A DNA stretch of 64,000 nucleotides from an uncultured virus (IMG/VR IMGVR_UViG_3300030085_002643) (taxonomy: Duplodnaviria > Heunggongvirae > Uroviricota > Caudoviricetes > Kyanoviridae), in IMG/VR virus record IMGVR_UViG_3300030085_002643. The stretch is one strand, 5' to 3'. This document shows, one piece after another, positions 45,022 to 55,663 of this stretch (within the stretch, counting starts at the first letter, position 1; each line of letters starts with the position of its first letter). The translations under genes and the position numbers were made by a program. The notes below the pieces were generated by a model that saw only the letters and a program-made list of their open reading frames with translations, ran no database searches and was not told the origin of the DNA.

Positions 45022-45213
45022 ATGTCCAGAGATCCAAATAATACATCCCGTTGGGTTGCAACCCGAAGGACTGAAGATAAAGAAATTGAATACCTTGTAT
45101 CTCATAGCACTTGGAGTCCTGATAAAAGATTTGCAAAAATCTTCGACACCCAAGCAGGTGCTAGAAAGTTTGTTAAGGAATGTGGCACAAAGGGTACGAT
45201 CCGAAAGTTTTGA
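45022..45213 (+). CDS. Small hypothetical protein
   Basis: 63-aa ORF; W...AKIF.T...A. Confidence 0.65.
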   Translation: MSRDPNNTSRWVATRRTEDKEIEYLVSHSTWSPDKRFAKIFDTQAGARKFVKECGTKGTIRKF

Positions 45214-45227
45214 GTTAGACTATCGTT

Positions 45228-45614
45228 ATGATTTTAACTACACTATTAGCGTTAACCGCTGTTGACTACGTTCATCTTGCTCGCGCTGTGCAGGTTGAAG
45301 CAGCACTGAATACTATGGATGAATACTGCGTTGCAGTATCAATCTTGAATAGGGTAAACTCTCCAAAATTTCCTAACACAGTATCAGAGGTTGTTCATTC
45401 ACCTGGTCAGTATGAAGGCATGAGAAGGAATCCCAAGGTAAATCTTGAGGTTGTTTCCCGTCTGATGGACGATGAAAAGATGAAAACTGCATACAGTATC
45501 ATTGGAGACAGAACTGACTTCAAGGGTCAAAGTATGCTAAGATATCGAGTATCAGGGGAAGACCCTATGTGCTCCCCCAGAGGAAACTTCTATCACTATC
45601 ACTGGCAGACATGA
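45228..45614 (+). CDS. SleB-like cell wall hydrolase (Hydrolase_2)
   Basis: LARAVQVEA...VAVSILNRVNSPKFPNTVSEVVHSPGQY. Confidence 0.85.
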   Translation: MILTTLLALTAVDYVHLARAVQVEAALNTMDEYCVAVSILNRVNSPKFPNTVSEVVHSPGQYEGMRRNPKVNLEVVSRLMDDEKMKTAYSIIGDRTDFKGQSMLRYRVSGEDPMCSPRGNFYHYHWQT

Positions 45615-45967
45615 TTAAAAAAATCAAAGAAACCCTAGGTCAGATGTTTTTTTCACCCGAGGCAAATGGTAGTTGGACCAATGATGTAGAGTGTTCTATT
45701 GATGAAGAAAAAGTAGACTGCCAAGAATTAAATCCGTACGTCGGTGTTCCTGCTCCTGTATTGAATCCACTTGATGAGTGGTTTGCAGGATCTTATGGAT
45801 ACTCTGAAGCATTGACCGACAAGCAAATTGAATATAAGAAGGAACAAGAAGTTCAACAACAACATGCTGCAGAGCAGGTTAAGGAGATGTCAGACATCCA
45901 TGATCACATGTATAAACTGGCGACTAAGAACACTCCTCAACTCGGTGGTTCTGAAAACATGTTTTGA
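45611..45967 (+). CDS. Hypothetical protein
   Basis: ATGA-coupled ORF; ECSIDEEKVDC, YVGVPAP. Confidence 0.7.
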   Translation: MIKKIKETLGQMFFSPEANGSWTNDVECSIDEEKVDCQELNPYVGVPAPVLNPLDEWFAGSYGYSEALTDKQIEYKKEQEVQQQHAAEQVKEMSDIHDHMYKLATKNTPQLGGSENMF

Positions 45968-45990
45968 GTATTAATACTCTAATTTTACGC

Positions 45991-46024
45991 TTGACATAAA
46001 CGTAAAGTTATATTACTATAAATA
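45991..46024 (+). promoter_or_regulatory. Dual early and late promoter of psbA
   Basis: TTGACA-17-TACTAT overlapped by TATAAATA at 46017-46024. Confidence 0.8.
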
Positions 46025-46059
46025 GATCGATTGGGTGAGGGAATCCTCACCTTTTCATT

Positions 46060-46168
46060 CTGTCGCCTCACCGAGACTAAACAGCGACATTAAATAACAG
46101 TCTCTCATACCTCTGCTTAGGGTGCAGAGGAATAGTAAAACCGCCATTTCCCTGATGGTCTTACTACT
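46060..46168 (+). ncRNA. PhotoRC-II-like structured leader of psbA
   Basis: TGTCGC/GCGACA stem, GAGACT/AGTCTC pseudoknot, CCTCTGC/GCAGAGG and TAGTAA/TTACTA stems directly upstream of psbA. Confidence 0.7.
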
Positions 46169-46180
46169 TGTATTTTTCAA

Positions 46181-47257
46181 ATGACTGCAACACTTTCACG
46201 CTCCCGTCAATCTAACTGGGAGTCATTCTGCGAGTGGGTCACCTCCACCAACAACCGTCTGTATGTCGGTTGGTTCGGTGTTCTGATGATTCCCTGTTTG
46301 CTCGCCGCTACAATTTGTTTTATCACCGCATTCATCGCTGCTCCCCCTGTGGACATTGATGGTATTCGTGAACCTGTCGCAGGTTCTCTAATGTACGGTA
46401 ACAACATCATCTCTGGTGCTGTCGTTCCGTCTTCTAACGCAATCGGACTTCACTTCTATCCTATCTGGGAAGCTGCAACCATGGATGAATGGTTGTATAA
46501 CGGTGGTCCTTACCAGTTGGTTGTCTTCCACTTCCTTATCGGTGTAGCTTGCTACATGGGTCGTGAGTGGGAACTGTCTTACCGTCTCGGTATGCGTCCT
46601 TGGATTTGCGTAGCATATAGCGCACCTGTCGCTGCTGCTGCCGCAGTTTTCCTGGTCTATCCTTTCGGTCAAGGGAGTTTCTCTGATGGTATGCCTCTTG
46701 GTATCTCTGGTACTTTTAACTATATGTTCGTATTCCAAGCAGAACATAACATCCTTATGCATCCGTTCCACATGCTCGGCGTTGCTGGGGTATTCGGTGG
46801 ATCTCTTTTCTCTGCTATGCATGGAAGTCTTGTTACTTCCTCACTCGTCCGCGAGACAACTGAAACAGAGAGTCAGAACTACGGTTATAAGTTTGGACAA
46901 GAAGAAGAGACCTATAACATCGTCGCTGCCCACGGGTACTTCGGTCGTCTCATTTTCCAATACGCATCCTTCAACAACTCCCGTTCGCTGCACTTCTTCC
47001 TCGCAGCGTGGCCTGTAGTTGGTATCTGGTTCACTGCTCTTGGTGTAAGCACCATGGCATTCAACCTCAACGGTTTCAACTTCAACCAGTCTATTGTTGA
47101 TTCTCAGGATAAAGTCATCCCTACATGGGCAGACGTTCTGAACCGTGCTGGTCTTGGTATGGAAGTCATGCACGAGCGTAACGCTCACAACTTCCCACTC
47201 GATCTCGCTGCTGCTGAGTCCACTCCCGTGGCACTGACGGCACCCGCTATCGGTTGA
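46181..47257 (+). CDS. psbA: Photosystem II D1 protein
   Basis: Full-length D1 ([17 protein letters not shown]); no intron. Confidence 0.99.
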   Translation: MTATLSRSRQSNWESFCEWVTSTNNRLYVGWFGVLMIPCLLAATICFITAFIAAPPVDIDGIREPVAGSLMYGNNIISGAVVPSSNAIGLHFYPIWEAATMDEWLYNGGPYQLVVFHFLIGVACYMGREWELSYRLGMRPWICVAYSAPVAAAAAVFLVYPFGQGSFSDGMPLGISGTFNYMFVFQAEHNILMHPFHMLGVAGVFGGSLFSAMHGSLVTSSLVRETTETESQNYGYKFGQEEETYNIVAAHGYFGRLIFQYASFNNSRSLHFFLAAWPVVGIWFTALGVSTMAFNLNGFNFNQSIVDSQDKVIPTWADVLNRAGLGMEVMHERNAHNFPLDLAAAESTPVALTAPAIG

Positions 47258-47278
47258 TATACTAACGACATACACTCT

Positions 47279-47301
47279 AAGGACCCTACGGGGTCCTTTT
47301 T
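47279..47301 (+). terminator. Rho-independent terminator
   Basis: AAGGACCC/GGGTCCTT stem plus T run. Confidence 0.85.
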
Positions 47302-47322
47302 ATTTCCTTGCTATGTAAACTT

Positions 47323-47553
47323 ATGTCTCACGATCTACTAGAATTACTTACTTATTATGTGATTGTCTCTGTAGTATTCATTGGTGCACCTGGAGTCTTC
47401 TTCTTCATTGCCTTCATGCCCGCTCTTCAGAATACTAAAGGACGTATGGTTGGTTACAAAGATCATAAAACATATGGTGATTCGTCCATCTACGAGAATA
47501 CACCTAGTGATACCTCAAAATTCTTCTTACAAGTTAGCGGAAATAATTCGTGA
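47323..47553 (+). CDS. Small membrane protein
   Basis: TM segment then PALQNTKGRMVGYKDHK.YGD. Confidence 0.7.
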   Translation: MSHDLLELLTYYVIVSVVFIGAPGVFFFIAFMPALQNTKGRMVGYKDHKTYGDSSIYENTPSDTSKFFLQVSGNNS

Positions 47554-47591
47554 TACTTGGCCTCAATTGTACTACTTAAAGGATAGAAAAA

Positions 47592-48655
<1,064 letters not shown>

Positions 48656-48690
48656 TATAATACATAAAGATACATTGCTTCTAACAAATA

Positions 48691-48981
48691 ATGTCCTTCA
48701 CCGTAACTTTTAAAACCTCGGAAGGTGAGTTCACCTTCCCTTGTGAAAATGATCAATACGTTCTTGATGCTGCTGATGAAGCAGGTGTAGACGGTCCCTA
48801 CTCTTGTCGTGCAGGTGCTTGTAGTACCTGTGCTGGTAAGATTACATCTGGCACAGTAGACCAGAGTGATCAATCTTTCCTTGACGACGATCAAATTGAA
48901 GCAGGATTCGTGCTCACCTGTGTTGCATATCCAACTAGTGATGTAACTATCGAAGCAGAGAAGGAGGAGGAACTTTACTAG
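48691..48981 (+). CDS. petF: Plant-type [2Fe-2S] ferredoxin
   Basis: [29 protein letters not shown]. Confidence 0.97.
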   Translation: MSFTVTFKTSEGEFTFPCENDQYVLDAADEAGVDGPYSCRAGACSTCAGKITSGTVDQSDQSFLDDDQIEAGFVLTCVAYPTSDVTIEAEKEEELY

Positions 48982-49005
48982 GATCTTTACAACGATTGAA
49001 TAAAT

Positions 49006-49029
49006 AGAGGGGATAGCACCCCTCTTTTT
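49006..49029 (+). terminator. Terminator-like hairpin
   Basis: AGAGGGG/CCCCTCT stem plus T run, next to an ATAAATA late-promoter-like element. Confidence 0.65.
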
Positions 49030-49030
49030 A

Positions 49031-51154
49031 ATGGCGTATTATTATCCCGAAGGTCCCTTCGGTCCTATTTGTGATCTACCTCCCACGGATACTGAGATTG
49101 AACAGCGATCAAGACCCGCTATTCCCGACAGTGAACGTGAGGGAGATGTTGAGCTGATTACTCAAGAGGATCTTGGTAGCATCTATGAACCATTAATTCC
49201 TGTGTTGGGGGAAGCACCAGCATTTTTCATTCGTCGAAGATGTAAGGAAAGAACATTGGCGGATGGTACGATAGAAAGATATGATTGTGAATATGATTTT
49301 GATGGAGACACTGGTGAAAACTATGATGATGGGTGGGATGGACCAAAAGAAGGATTGCAGATCGGAATTAATGATAACTTCTTTGTTCCTAACACAGGAC
49401 CCGAGTCATGTTCACCATTCAAACCTGATATTAATATCAGACCATTAACATTTTTCGGTCCTAATGGAGTTAAATTTACGAGGACTGCTTTTGAAGGATC
49501 CAGTCCAGTAACTTATCCAGTAGAATCAGCGAGTGTCAGTAGTGAGAATCAACCTACGATCACCGCACAATTTTCAGAAGATAGACAGAATTTAGTGATC
49601 GGTGGGACTGGAACAGGTATTGTAAACTTGTCTCTCACTTGGAAAGATGATCCAGGTATTTCTGGTCTAGCAGTAAACCAATTGACTGTGGGTGGTAAAA
49701 CATGGACGCAAAATGGAAAGAGGGGATCTCAAACTGAGTTTCTCACACTAACACCTGGCACATATCCAATTGTCTTAAGTGGACAATCAGGCACTTCGGG
49801 AAGTAGACTTGTAGGTACTAATAGAATTGAATATGATGATGATTTTGGTAACGGATTTGATCTGAATGCAACGTTCCTAATTGAAAGTGTTTTAGCAGAG
49901 ACTCCTTATACTGTCACGGATGGTTATTGGAGTGATGAAGGAAATACATATGGAGTCTGGGTAAACCCTGCACAATGTACGTTACCTCTTCTACCTCAGC
50001 AAGTAACTTATAAAATTGAAATTACTGAGGCAGGTGAATATGGATTCACATTCGGATGTGATGATAATGCTACCCTAACCATAGGAACAGAAACTAGTCC
50101 TTTCTTGACCGCTCAGGGCGGCATCTTTAAGGGTGGATCATACAACACACCATACACCGCTACAAGGACGCTGGCAGCGGGCACTCTGTTGCTTACAGTG
50201 AACTGCACAAACTCTGCTGCAGGGTTCCTAGATGCAAATGGAGATCCAATAGGTAAAGCATTTGATTGGACTAGAAATCCTGGTGGATGGTATATCAAAA
50301 TGTGTAAGGGTGGAGTATGTGCTGGTGGAAATAATATTACTTGGGTTACATCTGGTCCTCATCCAAAATGGAGTGACTTTATGAATACCTATGCAGTTTG
50401 GCCTAACAATACAGATCCTCTATTGGATGCAGCGCAAACTGCGACTTGGAATATAAATATTCCTACAACAGGTAATTATGTTTTTGAATGTTCAGCAGAT
50501 AATACTGCGACATTCTCTTTGGATGGCACTCAGATAGCATCATCTTCTAGTTTTACTTCTACTACATCTGTTAACTTGACTAATGTTAGTGATGGGGCAC
50601 ATACTATTTCAGTAACCTGCACTAATCAATCTAGTTCAAATGGTGCAAATACTTGGACAGACAATCCTGGTGGTGCAGCATGGAGGATCAAATATGCAGG
50701 TGGTCAGATTGCTGCAACTTTTGACAGTCAGGGTAGATTGATAGTTACTGGAGCAGGTGCTGCCACATTAGACTTTGATTTTGAATGGGATGACAATCCA
50801 AATTCTTATGGCACTGCTCTAGGAACTTATTCCATACCTGATCTGGGAGTTAACTTTACTCAAACTTCTGGAGTTACATCAGGTAGTGATAGTCATCAGA
50901 AAACAAATGTAACTGCAGGAACATACGCTGCAACTATTCTAAATGCTAACTCGGCAGGATTTACTAGGAAGCAGAGCAACACGAGATTATGTTTCCAAGA
51001 TGGTGATGATGATGACTGTAATGCACAAGTGGACGTGACAGTTACACAAACTGATGCTATAATAGCCTCATCATTAGACCTTAATACTCCTGGCGATGGC
51101 AATATTTTTTGGCACACTAGGAAAGCAGTAGGTTACACATACATTGACGAATAA
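49031..51154 (+). CDS. Probable virion/adhesin protein with PA14-like and repeated beta-sandwich domains
   Basis: GEYGFTFGCDDNA and GNYVFECSADNTA PA14-like motifs; duplicated W..NPGG and W.DDP/WDDNP units. Confidence 0.7.
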   Translation: MAYYYPEGPFGPICDLPPTDTEIEQRSRPAIPDSEREGDVELITQEDLGSIYEPLIPVLGEAPAFFIRRRCKERTLADGTIERYDCEYDFDGDTGENYDDGWDGPKEGLQIGINDNFFVPNTGPESCSPFKPDINIRPLTFFGPNGVKFTRTAFEGSSPVTYPVESASVSSENQPTITAQFSEDRQNLVIGGTGTGIVNLSLTWKDDPGISGLAVNQLTVGGKTWTQNGKRGSQTEFLTLTPGTYPIVLSGQSGTSGSRLVGTNRIEYDDDFGNGFDLNATFLIESVLAETPYTVTDGYWSDEGNTYGVWVNPAQCTLPLLPQQVTYKIEITEAGEYGFTFGCDDNATLTIGTETSPFLTAQGGIFKGGSYNTPYTATRTLAAGTLLLTVNCTNSAAGFLDANGDPIGKAFDWTRNPGGWYIKMCKGGVCAGGNNITWVTSGPHPKWSDFMNTYAVWPNNTDPLLDAAQTATWNINIPTTGNYVFECSADNTATFSLDGTQIASSSSFTSTTSVNLTNVSDGAHTISVTCTNQSSSNGANTWTDNPGGAAWRIKYAGGQIAATFDSQGRLIVTGAGAATLDFDFEWDDNPNSYGTALGTYSIPDLGVNFTQTSGVTSGSDSHQKTNVTAGTYAATILNANSAGFTRKQSNTRLCFQDGDDDDCNAQVDVTVTQTDAIIASSLDLNTPGDGNIFWHTRKAVGYTYIDE

Positions 51155-51417
51155 TGGAACTACCAAGAATCCCCAACGATCAACTTCCTAAAGAGATAAA
51201 AGAAATCCTAGGTGATAAAGATGCACATTTTGATCTGGTTGTAGATCCAACAGAGATTATTGATGTACCCTTGGACGTAGAAGAATATTTTGAAGGCAAG
51301 TATAAAGTACAAAAAATGTTGATAGAACACCGTAAAAAAATGCAAGAATACCATGCGACTCAAAGACACAATAAAAGGAGCAAAGAAAATCCTCAAGACA
51401 GCAAAGAAAAATCCTAA
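51154..51417 (+). CDS. Hypothetical protein
   Basis: TAATG-coupled ORF. Confidence 0.7.
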   Translation: MELPRIPNDQLPKEIKEILGDKDAHFDLVVDPTEIIDVPLDVEEYFEGKYKVQKMLIEHRKKMQEYHATQRHNKRSKENPQDSKEKS

Positions 51418-51514
51418 GTTGTATACAGAGGAAGAACTAAAATATGTGCGAATGCTCAAAAGAAGAGCACAAACTGCATTGGAAAAAAAGCAGCAATCCC
51501 AAAGTAAAGATTAA
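51353..51514 (+). CDS. Small basic protein (53 aa; not in ORF track)
   Basis: MRLKDTIKGAKKILKTAKKNPKLYTEEELKYVRMLKRR... Confidence 0.6.
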   Translation: MRLKDTIKGAKKILKTAKKNPKLYTEEELKYVRMLKRRAQTALEKKQQSQSKD

Positions 51515-51557
51515 AATGTGCTAAATACCTACTTGTAACGTTACAAAATTGTAACAC

Positions 51558-51586
51558 TTGCCATTTTTAAAGGTTTGTGTTATACT
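51558..51586 (+). promoter_or_regulatory. Sigma70-like promoter
   Basis: TTGCCA-17-TATACT with extended TG. Confidence 0.65.
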
Positions 51587-51664
51587 ATTCACCAACGCAG
51601 ACAAGTCGAGTCTGCTATCATCTGCGGGTAAACACTCCGCAAGTAAACAAATAGGTAAACAACT

Positions 51665-52039
51665 ATGATTAAAACTGCTTTCGCTGCCGTCGCAGCTGCT
51701 TCTACACTGGCTGCCCCTGCTGCATTTGCAGGTCCCTACGTTAACGTAGAAACCAATGCTGGTTGGACGGGTTCGGATTACACTGGTGCAACTACAGATT
51801 TCCATGTAGGCTACGAGGGTGCTCTTGGCACTTCTGGTTCTTACTACGTCCAAGGTGGCGCTAGTCTGATTGCTCCTGACGGTGGATCCGATGATACCGT
51901 TCCTTCTGGTAAGGCAGGTGTTGGTCTTGCTCTGACCGATACTCTTGGTGCCTACGGTGAAATCTCCTTCCTCGGTTCTGGCGATGAGAACGTCGATCGT
52001 GGATATGGTGGTAAACTGGGAGTCAAGTATAGTTTCTGA
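51665..52039 (+). CDS. Secreted protein, probable small outer-membrane beta-barrel
   Basis: Signal peptide ending AAFA; alternating beta strands; C-terminal GVKYSF. Confidence 0.78.
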   Translation: MIKTAFAAVAAASTLAAPAAFAGPYVNVETNAGWTGSDYTGATTDFHVGYEGALGTSGSYYVQGGASLIAPDGGSDDTVPSGKAGVGLALTDTLGAYGEISFLGSGDENVDRGYGGKLGVKYSF

Positions 52040-52064
52040 TTTTCGGAACTATATAATTAAAACT

Positions 52065-52089
52065 GGGGACTCAGTAGAGTCCCTTTTTT
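52065..52089 (+). terminator. Rho-independent terminator
   Basis: GGGACTC/GAGTCCC stem plus T run. Confidence 0.85.
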
Positions 52090-52104
52090 ATTCTTCCGTT
52101 TACT

Positions 52105-52347
52105 ATGACTATGAATTTCACTGTCTACACACGTTCAGGTTGTCCTTACTGCACAAAAATTAAACAGGTGTTGGAAGGAAAGAAGTACAACTTCAGAGAA
52201 TACAGACTGGGGGTTGACTTTCAACGCGAAGCATTCTATACTCAATTCGGGGAAGGGTCTACCTTTCCACAAGTAGTCTTAGGTGGCACCAATCTTGGTG
52301 GTTGCACTGAGACTGTGAAATACCTCCGTGAAAATAATCTTATCTGA
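52105..52347 (+). CDS. nrdC: Glutaredoxin
   Basis: CPYC, TFPQV, LGG. Confidence 0.92.
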   Translation: MTMNFTVYTRSGCPYCTKIKQVLEGKKYNFREYRLGVDFQREAFYTQFGEGSTFPQVVLGGTNLGGCTETVKYLRENNLI

Positions 52348-52697
52348 TGAACGACGAATTCTACGAACTTGTTGAATCTGCAATTGACGCTGCATTTGAA
52401 AAGAATCTATTTCTTTTTAAAGCATATCATTATTTTAAATACAACAAAGTAAAGCGTAGAGAGGTTCAAGAATTCATTGATTCTACAACTGCAAAGAATG
52501 TAGCATTGATAATTTCAGACTTGGAAGCATACATCAAAGGTGGTTCGGATTCCTACCATAAGCAACTCAAGGAAGCATACGGTCATCTTGGCAAACCCAA
52601 GGCAAGAAAGATCAGTAAGTACCTACATGACATCCTAAAAGATGCCAAGCAATATGAAATTGACAGGAGACCAGGACGTAAAAAACGTTCTAAATAA
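52347..52697 (+). CDS. Conserved hypothetical protein
   Basis: LKEAYGHLGKPKARKI. Confidence 0.75.
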   Translation: MNDEFYELVESAIDAAFEKNLFLFKAYHYFKYNKVKRREVQEFIDSTTAKNVALIISDLEAYIKGGSDSYHKQLKEAYGHLGKPKARKISKYLHDILKDAKQYEIDRRPGRKKRSK

Positions 52698-52757
52698 TGT
52701 CAGAGTTCAATAGGAGGTTGGTTTCCAATACTACTGTAAACCTTATGGAGGGAAACC

Positions 52758-52991
52758 ATGTTAATTGCACTAGCAGTTCTCGTCACTATCGGTGCATTCA
52801 TTCTTGGAATTACCGTTTCATGGTTAGCAAAAGGTTACGTTGAAGATTTTATCGAAAACGCTGCCTATGCAAAATCAGTTACTCACCCAGAAATGTTTGA
52901 CGAAAATGGCGACATGATTCACGATGAATTAATTTACATTCGACCAGACTTTAGAATCTGGGAAGAACCAAACGATGAAGATGATGATTAA
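52758..52991 (+). CDS. Conserved small membrane protein
   Basis: N-terminal TM, HPEMFDENG; GGAGG Shine-Dalgarno. Confidence 0.78.
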   Translation: MLIALAVLVTIGAFILGITVSWLAKGYVEDFIENAAYAKSVTHPEMFDENGDMIHDELIYIRPDFRIWEEPNDEDDD

Positions 52992-53004
52992 TTGGAGCTA
53001 AATT

Positions 53005-53472
53005 ATGCCTACACGATCAGTTATGAATAGTAACCCTAGGTTACTCCTTAGTGAGATTCTGAGAAAGGTCTCAAATGCTAAGACTAAAAAAGAAAAAGTT
53101 GACCTGCTGCAGAAACACAACACTCCAGCACTACGTCAACTACTCATCATTAACTTCGATGACAGCATCACATCGATGCTACCAGAAGGTGATGTGCCAT
53201 ACACTCCAAACGATGCTCCAGTAGGTACTGATCATACCCGACTAGAGCAAGAATATAGAGGTCTCTATCGCTTCTTTAAAGGAGGTGACAACCGTCTTCC
53301 TGCACTCAAGCGAGAGTCTATGTTCGTACAACTTTTAGAAGGACTGTCTGCTGAAGAAGCAGAACTGTTGGTCCTTTGTAAAGATGGCAAACTTGGAGAC
53401 AAGTATAAAAGAATTACAAAAGCAGTAATTTCAGAAGCATACCCGTCTATTGAGTGGGGAGGTCGAGGTTGA
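53005..53472 (+). CDS. Conserved T4-like hypothetical protein
   Basis: LPEGDVPY, KRESMFVQLLEGL. Confidence 0.8.
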   Translation: MPTRSVMNSNPRLLLSEILRKVSNAKTKKEKVDLLQKHNTPALRQLLIINFDDSITSMLPEGDVPYTPNDAPVGTDHTRLEQEYRGLYRFFKGGDNRLPALKRESMFVQLLEGLSAEEAELLVLCKDGKLGDKYKRITKAVISEAYPSIEWGGRG

Positions 53473-53738
53473 AAGGTATCAAAATCCTTAAACAAGATTG
53501 TGATCCTAAAGAGGCAGAAGATCGAGGTTTGCCATACATAACATACTTGGTGCGGTACCTTCTTGACGGAAAGGAACACTATGATATTGCTATGGCAGGT
53601 AAGCAAGTCGATCTATTTGATCACTATTGGGATCTCTATAAAAAAGATTTCATACGATTTGACCAAACAGAAGGTAGAGTGAACCCTAAATTATGGACAG
53701 ACCCGACTCAGACGAAATCAAAACGAAAAACGAAATGA
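53469..53738 (+). CDS. Conserved hypothetical protein
   Basis: DCDP..A...LP...YLV, LFDHYWD, GRVNPKLW. Confidence 0.75.
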   Translation: MKGIKILKQDCDPKEAEDRGLPYITYLVRYLLDGKEHYDIAMAGKQVDLFDHYWDLYKKDFIRFDQTEGRVNPKLWTDPTQTKSKRKTK

Positions 53739-53971
53739 GTGTTTACTTTGACCCTAGAGTCAAGAAACAAGAAGCAGAAGATAAAGAAGCAGAAAAGCAA
53801 GAGGCAATTCAAACTATCGCTCGTGCAATCGGATTCTTTGTCAAACCTGTCATTCTTATGCTATTATGGAACTGGTTGATGCCAGGTTTATTTGGTTTGG
53901 CAACAATTGGTTATCTCAAAGCGTTAGCTTTGACTATGATCTCTAGAATATTATTCAGCAATGATGACTAA
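53735..53971 (+). CDS. Small membrane protein
   Basis: MLLWNWLMPGLFGL..I.Y. Confidence 0.72.
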   Translation: MSVYFDPRVKKQEAEDKEAEKQEAIQTIARAIGFFVKPVILMLLWNWLMPGLFGLATIGYLKALALTMISRILFSNDD

Positions 53972-54665
53972 AGTATGTTTGGTATCTGTTACACCAGATG
54001 CAGAAAAAACTATCGGGTACGTTGCTCGCGTGAGCAACCCCAAGAATCAGGAGAACCCCAATGTCGAGGGTCTTCTTAAGTATTGTATTAAACATGGGCA
54101 TTGGAGCGTCTTTGAGCAGGCATTCATGACCCTAGAGATTCATACCACCAGAGCGATTTCACCTCAAATTTTGAGGCATCGTTCGTTCACATATCAAGAA
54201 TTTTCACAACGATATGCTGATTCCTCCCTACTCTCGGAGACGATCCCACTTCCAGAACTCAGACTTCAAGACGAAAAGAATCGTCAGAATTCTATCGACG
54301 GTGTTGACCCGTTTACTAAACAGAAGTATGAGATCCTGATGCAGCATCACTTCAAAGCAGGTATGGAACTATACCAGCAGATGCTTGATGAGGGAATCGC
54401 AAAGGAGTGTGCTCGCAATGTGCTTCCTCTCGCCGTGCCAACCAAAATGTACATGAGTGGATCTCTGCGTTCATGGATTCATTACATCGATTTGCGTTCT
54501 GCTAATGGAACACAGAAAGAACATATGAAAATTGCAGAAGCATGTAAAAAACATTTCATCTGTCAGTTCCCAATCATTTCCAGAGCACTTGGATGGTGTC
54601 CTGATGATGATTGCGGTTGCCCTGAGGATTGGGATGACCTTCAACCTTGCCTACGAATAGATTAA
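53961..54665 (+). CDS. thyX: Flavin-dependent thymidylate synthase
   Basis: GHWSVFE, QILRHRSFTYQEFSQRY, ARNVLP. Confidence 0.96.
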   Translation: MMTKVCLVSVTPDAEKTIGYVARVSNPKNQENPNVEGLLKYCIKHGHWSVFEQAFMTLEIHTTRAISPQILRHRSFTYQEFSQRYADSSLLSETIPLPELRLQDEKNRQNSIDGVDPFTKQKYEILMQHHFKAGMELYQQMLDEGIAKECARNVLPLAVPTKMYMSGSLRSWIHYIDLRSANGTQKEHMKIAEACKKHFICQFPIISRALGWCPDDDCGCPEDWDDLQPCLRID

Positions 54666-54667
54666 CC

Positions 54668-54898
54668 ATGCCTACTTACCCTGTAAAGAATACCAAAACT
54701 GGAGAGACACAAACTCTCTCTATGACCATGAAAGAATACTCTGATTGGAGAGATGCCAACCCAGACTGGGATAAAGATTGGCAAGCGGGAGTCGGTGGAA
54801 TGACATATGGCGCACCCAAACAATCGGACGGATTCAAAGAAGTCATGTCCAAAGTTCAATCAGCACATCCTAAAGCAAACTTGAGTCGATACACTTAA
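54668..54898 (+). CDS. Conserved hypothetical protein (FmdB-like N-terminus)
   Basis: MPTYPVKNTKTGE...DGFKEVMSK. Confidence 0.75.
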   Translation: MPTYPVKNTKTGETQTLSMTMKEYSDWRDANPDWDKDWQAGVGGMTYGAPKQSDGFKEVMSKVQSAHPKANLSRYT

Positions 54899-54901
54899 AC
54901 T

Positions 54902-55663
54902 ATGGCAAGAGCACGAAAGAAAACTGGTACACCTCAAACGTATCCAAATGGGATGTCGAAAAAGATGATGAAAAGAAAAAAACCTATTGATTCATCCTAC
55001 ATGGTTCCTATCAAACCATTAACCGATAATCAGAAACTTGCATTTGAGCAGTATGAAGAGGACAAGAATCTCTTGTTGCATGGTGCTGCAGGTACAGGTA
55101 AAACTTTTATCACTTTGTATCTCGCGTTGAGTGAAGTGCTTGACGAAAACACACCTTATGATAAAATATACATTGTAAGGTCTTTGGTTCCTACCAGAGA
55201 GATTGGTTTCCTACCTGGTGACCATGAAGATAAATCTGCGCTGTATCAGATTCCATACAAAAATATGGTGAGGTATATGTTTAGTATGCCTGATGATAAT
55301 TCGTTTGAAATGTTGTATGACAACCTACGAGCACAAGAAACTATTTCGTTTTGGTCTACTTCTTTTATTCGTGGAGTTACTCTTGATAACGCAATTGTTA
55401 TTGTGGACGAATTCAGTAACCTGAATTTCCACGAACTCGATTCAATGATCACCCGCATAGGTGAAGACTCTAAGATTATGTTCTGTGGTGACATCACCCA
55501 GTCCGATCTTACAAGAGATCATGAGAAGTCTGGTATCTCCGACTTCATCAAGATCCTTGAAGACATGAAAGAATTTACATGTATTGAGTTTGATATCAAT
55601 GATATCGTTCGGTCAGGACTTGTTAAGTCTTACCTACTTTCAAAATATAATCTTGGTTTCTAA
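54902..55663 (+). CDS. phoH: PhoH-family ATPase
   Basis: GAAGTGKT, EIGFLPG, FIRGVT, IVDE, GDITQSD, DIVRSGLV. Confidence 0.96.
   Translation: MARARKKTGTPQTYPNGMSKKMMKRKKPIDSSYMVPIKPLTDNQKLAFEQYEEDKNLLLHGAAGTGKTFITLYLALSEVLDENTPYDKIYIVRSLVPTREIGFLPGDHEDKSALYQIPYKNMVRYMFSMPDDNSFEMLYDNLRAQETISFWSTSFIRGVTLDNAIVIVDEFSNLNFHELDSMITRIGEDSKIMFCGDITQSDLTRDHEKSGISDFIKILEDMKEFTCIEFDINDIVRSGLVKSYLLSKYNLGF

Noticed and set aside
46181..47257. Possible group I intron or homing endonuclease in or after psbA; inteins in gp43, nrdA, gp41
   Set aside because: All frames are of normal length and continuous apart from N gaps, with no room for such insertions
51628..51661. GTAAACA triplet as a Pho box
   Set aside because: Spacing is 15 and 12 nt rather than 11, and the sequence differs from the cyanobacterial PyTTAAPyPy(T/A) consensus
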